From: Spirochaetaceae bacterium
GTDB lineage: Bacteria > Spirochaetota > Spirochaetia > DSM-2461
Assembly: GCA_051531975.1 (NCBI GenBank)
Contig: JAOPTT010000009.1
Span: 64,001 to 128,000 of the forward strand
Reading direction: 5' to 3'
Length of the DNA: 64,000 nucleotides
Shown: piece by piece, positions 9,210 to 17,350 of the stretch
How the letters are laid out: the number at the start of each line of letters is the position of its first letter
How positions within the stretch are numbered: the stretch's first letter is position 1
Notes under the pieces: model-generated
What the model was told of the DNA's origin: nothing
The model's database searches: none
Seen by the model: the letters and a program-made list of their open reading frames with translations, nothing else
Made by a program: the position numbers and the translations under genes

Positions 9210-10961
9210 ATGAAAAAAAATATATGGGGACGTTTAATCTCCTATTCAAATAGTTACAAAAAAAACTTTGTATTAATGATTGTTTTAATAGTTCTTTGCG
9301 GAATAGTAGAGGGCTCTATGCCCTTTATTAGCGGCTGGATAATAGACAATGTTGTTGAGACAGGTAACCTTGATATGCTAAAAATTGCTGGGGTTATCTA
9401 TGTTTTTGTTATTAGTGTGCAGGTTTTATCTGTTTACTGGTTTATCTACCATGCAGGTAAGGTTGAGTCAGGAATGGCTTACGAGATAAGAAAGGCAGGT
9501 TTTGCTAAACTTCAACATCTCTCGTTGTCATTCTTTGATAAAAACTCTGCAGGTACAACTTTGTCTAAATTAACAAGTGATGTTGGACGGGTTTGTGGAA
9601 CTATAGCATGGGGAATAATTGACTACTCATGGGGTATTGTTATGATGTTAACAATGACAATCTTAATGTTTATTAGAAGTTGGCAGTTAGCATTAGTTAC
9701 TTTAGCAATTATGCCTATTTTATATGGTGGTGGTTTTCTATTTCAGAAGGTTATTATTAATAAATACAGGGCAGTTAGAAAGATAAATGGAATCATTACC
9801 GGTGCTTATAACGAAGGTATCATGGGTGCAAGAACTGTTAAAACTTTAAGCCAAGAGGACAGATCTCTATCTGAATTCCAGGAAAAGAGTTTAGATATGC
9901 GTACAAAAGCTATTAAAGCTGGAATAATTGGTGGTATATTTTTCCCTTTTGTTGGTTTTATGGCAACTATAGGTACCTCTTTAGCACTTTATGCAGGTGG
10001 TTCTGCTGTTATTAGTGGGGCAATTACATATGGACTTTTTGCATCTTTTATTTTTAGTTCAATGCAGTTTTTCTACCCTGTTTATCAGATGTCTCAGACG
10101 TTTGCTAACCTCCAGTATGCACGGGCAGCTGGGGAGCGAATAATAGACTTAATGGATACACCAGAGGAGATTGTTGACTGTGTTAAGTCTGATACAGCTA
10201 CAAAAATAAAAGGAGACGTTAGATTCGAAAACGTCAACTTTGAATATGTAAAAGGTGAAACTGTATTAAAAGACTTCTCCATAGACATTAAAAAAGGTGA
10301 GAGCATCGCTTTAGTTGGTGAGACTGGATCTGGGAAAAGTACTATTGTTAACCTTGCATGTAGGTTTTATGAACCAACAGAAGGTAAGATATATATTGAT
10401 GGAAAAGACTACAAAGAGATTAGTCAAAAGGATCTGCACAGTAGTTTAGGTTATGTGCTACAAAGTCCATATCTATTTAATGACTCTATAATGGAGAATA
10501 TTAGATTTGGTAGGTTGGATGCAACAGAAGAAGAAATTATCTCAGCATGTAAGGATATTAATGCCCACGAGTTTATTATGAACTTAGAGCATGGGTATTC
10601 AACAAAGGCTGGAGAGAGTGGGAAACTTCTATCTACAGGGCAAAAGCAGTTGGTTTCTATGGCTAGAGCAATATTAGCTGACCCATCTATATTTGTATTA
10701 GATGAAGCTACATCCTCTGTAGATGCAGAGAGTGAGGTTATAATACAAAAAGCTATAGATAAGTTATTACATGGTCGAACTAGCTTTATAATAGCCCATA
10801 GGCTTTCAACTGTTGTACATGCCGATAGAATACTTGTAGTTAATAAAGGTGAAGTTATAGAGCAGGGTAGCCACCTAGAGCTAATTGAGCAAGGTGGACA
10901 TTACCATAAGTTATATACAAATCAGTTTTTCGAAGAGAGGGAAGCAGAGCTTCTAAAATAA
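9210..10961 (+). CDS. ABC exporter, fused permease/ATPase (MdlB-like subunit)
   Basis: GETGSGKS, LSTGQKQ, VLDEATSSVD, IAHRLST; forms a heterodimeric pair with the upstream gene. Confidence 0.93.
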   Translation: MKKNIWGRLISYSNSYKKNFVLMIVLIVLCGIVEGSMPFISGWIIDNVVETGNLDMLKIAGVIYVFVISVQVLSVYWFIYHAGKVESGMAYEIRKAGFAKLQHLSLSFFDKNSAGTTLSKLTSDVGRVCGTIAWGIIDYSWGIVMMLTMTILMFIRSWQLALVTLAIMPILYGGGFLFQKVIINKYRAVRKINGIITGAYNEGIMGARTVKTLSQEDRSLSEFQEKSLDMRTKAIKAGIIGGIFFPFVGFMATIGTSLALYAGGSAVISGAITYGLFASFIFSSMQFFYPVYQMSQTFANLQYARAAGERIIDLMDTPEEIVDCVKSDTATKIKGDVRFENVNFEYVKGETVLKDFSIDIKKGESIALVGETGSGKSTIVNLACRFYEPTEGKIYIDGKDYKEISQKDLHSSLGYVLQSPYLFNDSIMENIRFGRLDATEEEIISACKDINAHEFIMNLEHGYSTKAGESGKLLSTGQKQLVSMARAILADPSIFVLDEATSSVDAESEVIIQKAIDKLLHGRTSFIIAHRLSTVVHADRILVVNKGEVIEQGSHLELIEQGGHYHKLYTNQFFEEREAELLK

Positions 10962-10965
10962 ATCT

Positions 10966-10990
10966 AAGGGAGGTGTAAAAGCTTCCCTTA
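10966..10990. terminator. Probable hairpin terminator between convergent genes
   Basis: TAAGGGAGG ... CTTCCCTTA inverted repeat with one G-U pair. Confidence 0.5.
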
Positions 10991-11200
10991 ACCTCTTTCG
11001 TTTTTAATAATACCATCTAAAAATCTTCTTAATAGTTGGTCTCCACAGTTTACAAAGTTCCTGTGTCCTCTACTTCTAAACAGAGCATTTATCTCTGTTT
11101 TACTAAGATTCATCTCAGCTTTTTCCAATGTCTCTTTAACATCTGTATCTTTCATAGAAAATGCAATTCTTAGTTTTTTTAATATTTCGTTATTATCCAT
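10988..11200 (-). CDS. DUF1456 (YehS-like) family protein
   Basis: MDNNEILKKLRIA...CGDQLLRRFLDG pattern; promoter TTTACA-17-TATAAT ends 7 nt before the ATG. Confidence 0.85.
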   Translation of the reverse strand: MDNNEILKKLRIAFSMKDTDVKETLEKAEMNLSKTEINALFRSRGHRNFVNCGDQLLRRFLDGIIKNERG

Positions 11201-11264
11201 AGGTTTTATTATATATAAGTTAAAATAAATTGTAAAAGGATTAAAATAGTTTTAATATATATCT

Positions 11265-11726
11265 ATGCTTAGTTATCAGTTTGATTTTGATATAGAAGAA
11301 GGAAACATAAACACATTTCTAATTGGATCCAAGAAACTTTTTGGACAGATCCAAAATATAGGAACTCTACTAGGTAATTCTATCGATATTGGTATAGATA
11401 TGGAGTACAAACTTATAGAACTGGACAATAGTATAATCTCATATAATCTGACTTTTAGTATAAAATATCCTGTTCAGAAGCTTTTAGGTGCGAATTTAGG
11501 TAGGTGGCAGATAGAGGCATGGATTAACCGAGGATTAGATCTGATTTTAAACAGAGTAGAGATTGAGCAGTGTTTTTCCTCCATTGATATGTTAGCAACA
11601 GAGATAGAGTTAGATAAAAATATAGTATATGTTAAAATTCCTGAGAATATTTTAGAGATAGCACTTGAAGATTTTGAAAAATTGTCTATATTATTGTTTA
11701 GGAAATTAACTTTTAAAGAGAAATAA
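11265..11726 (+). CDS. Hypothetical protein
   Basis: 153-aa ORF filling the gap; no family recognised. Confidence 0.6.
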   Translation: MLSYQFDFDIEEGNINTFLIGSKKLFGQIQNIGTLLGNSIDIGIDMEYKLIELDNSIISYNLTFSIKYPVQKLLGANLGRWQIEAWINRGLDLILNRVEIEQCFSSIDMLATEIELDKNIVYVKIPENILEIALEDFEKLSILLFRKLTFKEK

Positions 11727-11737
11727 GGAAGTATTAT

Positions 11738-11947
11738 ATGAGTGATTATGATGATTATGAATATGATGATGATGGCAACGTATCCCTAGACGATGTTATC
11801 GATGATGAATATTCTAAAAATGGCAAAAACAACGACGATTGGAGCGACAACCTAGATGATATGGATTCTGGTGAGTGGGATAAACAATACGGTATTGATA
11901 ACGATGATGACATAGATGAAGATGTAGACCCTTGGGATCTAAATTAG
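11738..11947 (+). CDS. Small, very Asp-rich hypothetical protein
   Basis: SD-like AAGGAAG, 69 aa dominated by Asp, followed by a terminator. Confidence 0.7.
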   Translation: MSDYDDYEYDDDGNVSLDDVIDDEYSKNGKNNDDWSDNLDDMDSGEWDKQYGIDNDDDIDEDVDPWDLN

Positions 11948-11965
11948 AATTATAGAGTAGTTTAT

Positions 11966-11995
11966 AGGGGCGAAACAGATCGCCCCTTTTCTTTT
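11966..11995 (+). terminator. Intrinsic terminator
   Basis: AGGGGCGA-loop-TCGCCCCT followed by a T-tract. Confidence 0.8.
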
Positions 11996-12003
11996 ATAAA
12001 GTT

Positions 12004-13062
12004 TTAGATGATTTCCCTAAGAAAGTCTTCGTTAAAAATCTTAGACAGTTCCTGTTTTGTAGGACCATACTCTCCAACATCTTTTAAACCCTTGTCTTTT
12101 AAAGTTTCACTAAAACACTTCCACTTCCGATATGCTGGATGACTTTCAAGTACATACTTCTCTTTAAAAAATAGTAGTTGCTGACTTTTATTAGATTTAT
12201 GGTTATAAAAATTCATCTGCTGTTTTGCTAAGTCAATTTTAATTCTAGTATGAAGTTCTGGTAATAATTTATTATTAAAATCATCGTAGTTGTAAAAAGA
12301 AATTTTAATAGAGTTTTTATGTATTTTTATAATATCAGCATTATGTATATCGCCATAAAAAATACCAGCCATTCCAATAAATACTCTAAGCACCGGATCT
12401 AAATCCTGTACTGCGCTTGAGTGTATATAAAATGAATCGTTATCGTTAATACCAGTAGGTGCTTCTGTACACAGATCTATAATGTTCTTTTTATCCCCGG
12501 TAGAAAATAGTAATTTTTTACTTAGAGATACTGCTTTTAAAAAGTTTCCTAAATAAGTTTTAATACTGTCCTGTATAGTTGTAGGTAGAGAACTTGTAAC
12601 ATTTTCACTTCTAAATCTAGCTAGGGCTAAATAAACAAGTAGATCCTCTTTTTGAATCTTGATGTCATCTAATAAAAGTCTTTTTTGAATACTGTATAGA
12701 TAGTTCTCTCTGCTATCAGTATCTTTAAATAGGTAGAACATTCCAGGAGCTATAGGTGTTACAGGGTTATTAAATATATTCTCTAGAAACTGATGAATTT
12801 CTCTCTGTTTAATTCCAGGGGAGCTTATTACAAGTATTTTTGTAGTATCAGCCCATGCTTCTTTTACCTCTTTAAAAAGGTTCTGTGGGTCATTGTTATC
12901 TATATCTACATTGTAGTGTACTATTTCAGCTTCACCACTATCTTTGAGGCTATATCCATCTTCGTTTAATGTTTCAAAAAGCTCGCTTTTATCACTACCA
13001 TTAAAATCTTTGAAACTTATATCTTTTGTTAATAAATTGTTCTTAATTAAGCTTGTTATCAC
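12004..13062 (-). CDS. Homologue of DNA phosphorothioation-associated putative methyltransferase with a degenerate MTase domain
   Basis: C-terminal region LLVYLAL..F, YIHSSA..LDPVLRV, FYGDI..ADIIKIH, YDDF...LPEL..RIKIDL, LLFFKE...HPAY matches that family as I recall it. The SAM motif position reads KDFNGS rather than (F/L)DYGCG. Possible CTG start at 13080. Confidence 0.7.
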   Translation of the reverse strand: MITSLIKNNLLTKDISFKDFNGSDKSELFETLNEDGYSLKDSGEAEIVHYNVDIDNNDPQNLFKEVKEAWADTTKILVISSPGIKQREIHQFLENIFNNPVTPIAPGMFYLFKDTDSRENYLYSIQKRLLLDDIKIQKEDLLVYLALARFRSENVTSSLPTTIQDSIKTYLGNFLKAVSLSKKLLFSTGDKKNIIDLCTEAPTGINDNDSFYIHSSAVQDLDPVLRVFIGMAGIFYGDIHNADIIKIHKNSIKISFYNYDDFNNKLLPELHTRIKIDLAKQQMNFYNHKSNKSQQLLFFKEKYVLESHPAYRKWKCFSETLKDKGLKDVGEYGPTKQELSKIFNEDFLREII

Positions 13063-13127
13063 TGAGTTTGTATTGTTCAGATATTGCTCCTTAGAATTTT
13101 AGTTGGATTGACATTCTATCGGAGAGA

Positions 13128-13468
13128 TATAGATCTATACAACCTATATAGGTATAAATAATTGTAAATAATTTTCAGGAATTCACTTGACAGAAAAGTT
13201 ATCCACAACCTTTCAAGAGAAATTCCATCTGGTTGTGGATAACTTGGGGAAAACACTTAAGAGTGCAAAATTTGGGGGTTTCAGCTTGTCTACTAAATTT
13301 TCAAAAAATTCACGAAATTTAAAAAAAAGTGTAAAACTGGCCAAAAATACGGGATATTTCCCTATATAGAAACCTCTAAGCATGAAATTTCGGGGTTTTA
13401 GCCTAGTATATACATTTTGTAATATTCAGAACGCCCTTGGTATTGCTTGTGGATAACTTATGGAAAAC
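13128..13468. other. DnaA-box cluster: candidate replication origin or DnaA-regulatory locus
   Basis: Perfect TTATCCACA boxes at 13199-13207(+), 13234-13242(-) and 13448-13456(-). One-mismatch boxes at 13163, 13245, 13262, 13328 and 13459. 15-bp perfect inverted repeat, 22-bp direct repeat and an AT-rich flank. Confidence 0.65.
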
Positions 13469-14469
13469 TATTTATTAGGATTAAGGCAGATAGCATCTGG
13501 GATAGTGATCGCAAACTCTGTTCCACCGTCTCTAGCAGGCTTACAGCTGATATTTCCGTTATGATAACGTGATAGTAAGTTATATGAGATTGCAAGACCA
13601 AGACCATAGTGGTTGTCGGCTCTTCTGGTAGTATAGAAGGGATCAAAGATATGTTTTACCTCTTTCTCTGCTATACCTACACCGTCATCTCTAATGATAA
13701 GGATTAGATCCCGGACATGTTGTTCTGTAGTAATAGTTACTTCTCCGAATTCATCCTCTTTAAAGGCGAACTCAAATGCGTTCTCAATTATGTTTTTTAC
13801 TACAATAGACAGACTCATTTGGGATATGTTTATCCACAAGTTTTCTGGTAAATCAAGTTTAATAGTATGCATCTTTCCAAAAGAGTTATTTGTACTTACT
13901 CGACAGCAAGCAAAATCAACAAACTCAGAAATTTCAACAGGACTTGAATCATCTTCTGCATTACCTCCAGAGATTTCTGTAAACTTCTCCACAAGGGATA
14001 TAGACTTTAATAGGTTATTCATTGTTAGATCTAACATCGGTTTAGCATCGTCTAACAGTGACTTTCCCTCTTCGCTATGAATAACATCTTCTAGGTAACT
14101 AAGGGCTGTTAACGATACTCCTAATGGGGTATTTAACTCATGAGCTATACCAGATACTAAGGAGTTAAGAGAGGATAATTTTTCATCTTGTATTATGCCT
14201 TGCTGGCTCGCCCAAAGGGCATCAATATATTCTAAAGATGAGTCTCTGCTATCAGTTAACTCTTTATTTTTTCTATTTAAAGCTTTTATCTTCTGTCTCT
14301 GTCTATTAAACATTATATATAAAGCCGATAAACTAAGGGTTAAAAAAAATATAGATATGGTTAGTGTAATAGTCTCTTTTTGAAAGTTTAATATGAAGAA
14401 TATAGATATAGCTATTATATTTAAAGAAACCAATATATATAGATATCTACTTTTTATAGTTTGAGTCAT
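13468..14469 (-). CDS. Membrane sensor histidine kinase (2 TM, no extracytoplasmic domain)
   Basis: EKLSSL..LVSGIAHELNTPL, KNIIENA, DDGVGI, FDPFYTT, GLGL. Confidence 0.92.
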   Translation of the reverse strand: MTQTIKSRYLYILVSLNIIAISIFFILNFQKETITLTISIFFLTLSLSALYIMFNRQRQKIKALNRKNKELTDSRDSSLEYIDALWASQQGIIQDEKLSSLNSLVSGIAHELNTPLGVSLTALSYLEDVIHSEEGKSLLDDAKPMLDLTMNNLLKSISLVEKFTEISGGNAEDDSSPVEISEFVDFACCRVSTNNSFGKMHTIKLDLPENLWINISQMSLSIVVKNIIENAFEFAFKEDEFGEVTITTEQHVRDLILIIRDDGVGIAEKEVKHIFDPFYTTRRADNHYGLGLAISYNLLSRYHNGNISCKPARDGGTEFAITIPDAICLNPNK

Positions 14470-14505
14470 AAAATCATTTTAACCTCTAAAACCGTATAGG
14501 TAAAC

Positions 14506-15477
14506 TCAATTAGAAATTATTCCAGGGATGATAAGTTTGAAGGAACTACCTTCCCCTAATTTAGACTTAACCTTTAGTTCTCCGTTATAATGTCGAAGCA
14601 CTAAATTGTAAGATATTGCTAATCCTAGACCATAATGGTTTTCTCTTTTTTTAGTAGTAAAAAATGGGTTGAATATTTTCTTAATAATTTCGCCATCGAT
14701 TCCAGCACCATTATCATTAATTTTAAGTATTAAGTCCTGTCCAAATTTCTCTGTTTCAATTGTAATTAGTCCTTTCTGCCCATCAATAAATGCAAAATCA
14801 TATGCGTTTTCAATTATGTTAACCAGTATAGTAGATAGGGTAGTTTGAGATACATTTAATACAACATCGTCTTTAATTTTATACTCTACTTTTATACCCT
14901 GATGCATTCTTCTATCTTGATCCACTTCGTTAACAGCATAATCTAAAAAGTCTTTTATACCTACTTTTGCTAAGTTGGTATTTGGCTCTGTATCTGCAAT
15001 CCCTCTAAAGTATTTTAACAGAGCGATAGATTTTTTTATGCTTTCAACAGTCATTTCAACCATTGGTCCAGCATCACCTATTACTTTTAAACCACTTTCA
15101 CTTTTAAAAAGCTCTTCTATATAGGTTATTCCTGTTAAAGATATACCTAATGGTGTATTTAGCTCATGGGCAACCCCAGCAACAAGTGAGTTAAGTGATG
15201 ATAACTTTTCATTCTGAATAATTTCATGCTGACTTATCCAAAGAGCATCGATATACTCAACAGCATTTGCCTTACTCTCTATTAAACTTTTATTCTCTTT
15301 CTCAAGATTCTCTAAGTCCTCTTTTTTAATTAATATCAGATAAATAAATACTGCATTAAGAGCTAATATAAAAATTACTGTCACATAGTATAGCTGCATA
15401 AAGATCAGGAAAATAAAAAGAGAATTTAACAGTGGTATAACAAAATATAAAGGTTTTTTTAAAATATATTTGAACAT
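14506..15477 (-). CDS. Membrane sensor histidine kinase, paralogue of the adjacent kinase
   Basis: EKLSSLNSLVAGVAHELNTPL, NIIENA, DNGAGI, FNPFFTT, HYGLGLAISYNL shared with neighbour; start placed at ATG 15477 because TATAAT lies 6 nt upstream. Confidence 0.9.
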   Translation of the reverse strand: MFKYILKKPLYFVIPLLNSLFIFLIFMQLYYVTVIFILALNAVFIYLILIKKEDLENLEKENKSLIESKANAVEYIDALWISQHEIIQNEKLSSLNSLVAGVAHELNTPLGISLTGITYIEELFKSESGLKVIGDAGPMVEMTVESIKKSIALLKYFRGIADTEPNTNLAKVGIKDFLDYAVNEVDQDRRMHQGIKVEYKIKDDVVLNVSQTTLSTILVNIIENAYDFAFIDGQKGLITIETEKFGQDLILKINDNGAGIDGEIIKKIFNPFFTTKKRENHYGLGLAISYNLVLRHYNGELKVKSKLGEGSSFKLIIPGIISN

Positions 15478-15517
15478 ATATTGATTATAGTACATCTAGA
15501 CTATTAAAGAAAATGAA

Positions 15518-16381
15518 TTATTCACCAAAATAGCTAAAATATAGGTTATTGACAAATCCAGAATCTATAAGACTTTGTAATGCTGTGTTATAACGCTTAA
15601 TTGTAGCTTCATCTAATATCTGAGAAAAACCAGTAGTTATATCGTATGAAATAATAGAAGTATCAATAAATCTAAAGTCCCAACCGTTTAACTTAGAGTA
15701 GTGCTGCATTATTCGTTTAACTTCAGGTACAACATCAATCTCACCATTATGCAGTGCTTCCATAGCAACTGTGGTTGTTGGGTATTCAACTAATATAATA
15801 TCTTTATAATCTCGTAGGGCTTGGTAGATGTGTCCTCTAGTTTGTACTCCAACTCTTTTCCCATATAAAGATTTAATAATTTCATCTCTATCTGTAGGGT
15901 ATTCTGTAGGATCATCTGCTCTAACTACAGTTACATATTTTAGAATTTCGTAGGGTATACTCAAATTAAGAAAGGTTCTGTAGTCGGGAAGGTCAGGAAC
16001 AGCAAGGGCTGAGTGTGCTTCTCCTATCTTTATTTTTTGAACAACAGGGCCAGCATCAGAATAAGAGTTCAGCCTATACGTTTGTCCCATTTTATCCATA
16101 ACAGCTTTCTCGAGGTCAACATAAAAACCTTTTAGTACGCCATCGGAATCTAGATACATTCCAGGTGCACCATCGGCTCTAACATATATTTCTAATGTAT
16201 CCTTTAATCCTATAGTAACAAGTGGTTTTGTTCCTGTTTCGGGTTCTTTAGCTACAACACTATCAGCAGTTTGTGTAGTAATAGATTCTTCTATAATCTC
16301 AAGTTCAGATTCAGCTTTTTTACAGCCAAAAGTTAAGGTGAGAATTAATATATTTAAAATTAGTATAAGTTTCTTTGTCAT
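15518..16381 (-). CDS. Solute-binding lipoprotein, family 3 (polar amino acid-like)
   Basis: Lipobox LTFGC; GFYVDLEKAV, GKRVGVQTRGH, ALHNGEIDV; close paralogue of the next gene. Confidence 0.85.
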   Translation of the reverse strand: MTKKLILILNILILTLTFGCKKAESELEIIEESITTQTADSVVAKEPETGTKPLVTIGLKDTLEIYVRADGAPGMYLDSDGVLKGFYVDLEKAVMDKMGQTYRLNSYSDAGPVVQKIKIGEAHSALAVPDLPDYRTFLNLSIPYEILKYVTVVRADDPTEYPTDRDEIIKSLYGKRVGVQTRGHIYQALRDYKDIILVEYPTTTVAMEALHNGEIDVVPEVKRIMQHYSKLNGWDFRFIDTSIISYDITTGFSQILDEATIKRYNTALQSLIDSGFVNNLYFSYFGE

Positions 16382-16422
16382 GTGATTATTATATCATAAA
16401 GTTAATGTAAAATTAATATCTA

Positions 16423-17280
16423 TTATTGACCAAAGTAATCATTATATAACTTATCTACATATCCTGAATCTATAAGAGCATTAAGTGCTGTATTATATCT
16501 ATCTAATACTGATGTATCTAATGCTTGGGAAAATCCAGTACCTATATCTAAACCAAAAATTGGAGCTCCAACAGGTTTCACATTCCAATTGTTTATTTTT
16601 CCATAATGTATACCAATACGTTTAACTTCAGGTACTGCATCTACTTCTCCATTGTTCAGAGCTTCCATAGCAACTGTAGTTGTTGGATATTCTATAATTT
16701 CAATATCTTTGTGATCTCTAAGTACTTGATAAATATGACCTCTTGTTTGAACACCAACTTTTTTACCATATAATGTTTTAATAGCATCTTCTTTATTATT
16801 TGGGACATCTATCGTTGAGTCTGAAGGTAAAAATATTACAAAATCAAGGATCTCATACCCATCACTGATATTTAAGAAGGCCTTATAGTCTGGAAGTATA
16901 GGAGTAGCTAAAGCTGAGTGGGAAGCTCCTGATTTTAAATTTTGTAACAGTGGTCCTAGGTCAGTATATGCAACTAAATCATATTTTTGACCCATCTCCT
17001 TCATAACAGCCTTTTCTAGGTCAACGTAAAAACCTTTAATAGAACCATCTGTGTCTAAGTACATTCCAGGTGCACCATCAGCTCTCACCATTATTTGTAA
17101 AGAATCTTCTTTTGTTATTTGTAATAGAGGTTTCTTTTCATCTGAGTCAACTGACAATTCCTCTGTAACTGTTTCTTTTATTGTTTCTGGAGCATTTTCA
17201 GAGATTTCTAATTCCGAACCTTTTTTACTACAACCTAGTAATAAAAATATTAATGTTACTATTATTGATAATTTCTTCAT
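16423..17280 (-). CDS. Solute-binding lipoprotein, family 3 (polar amino acid-like)
   Basis: Lipobox LLLGC; VRADGAPGMYLD, GFYVDLEKAVM and EYPTTTVAMEAL are identical to the neighbour. Confidence 0.85.
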   Translation of the reverse strand: MKKLSIIVTLIFLLLGCSKKGSELEISENAPETIKETVTEELSVDSDEKKPLLQITKEDSLQIMVRADGAPGMYLDTDGSIKGFYVDLEKAVMKEMGQKYDLVAYTDLGPLLQNLKSGASHSALATPILPDYKAFLNISDGYEILDFVIFLPSDSTIDVPNNKEDAIKTLYGKKVGVQTRGHIYQVLRDHKDIEIIEYPTTTVAMEALNNGEVDAVPEVKRIGIHYGKINNWNVKPVGAPIFGLDIGTGFSQALDTSVLDRYNTALNALIDSGYVDKLYNDYFGQ

Positions 17281-17350
17281 CTTTTTTACACCTTTTAGCT
17301 AAGTCATATTATGATACCAATATATCTATTAATGTTAGTGTGAGGAACCT

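Noticed and set aside
13187..13369. 60-aa ORF within the DnaA-box region
   Set aside because: TTG start without SD, no recognisable protein features; the sequence is better explained as DnaA boxes.
13400..13446. DnaA-trio unwinding element next to the right-hand box pair
   Set aside because: Only a short, imperfect NAN run (GAA TAT TAC AAA on the minus strand); not distinguishable from AT-rich background.
13830..13838. Perfect DnaA box inside the kinase gene (another at 54984-54992 in recC)
   Set aside because: Both arise from Leu-Trp-Ile-Asn codons within coding sequence, so they are not counted as evidence.
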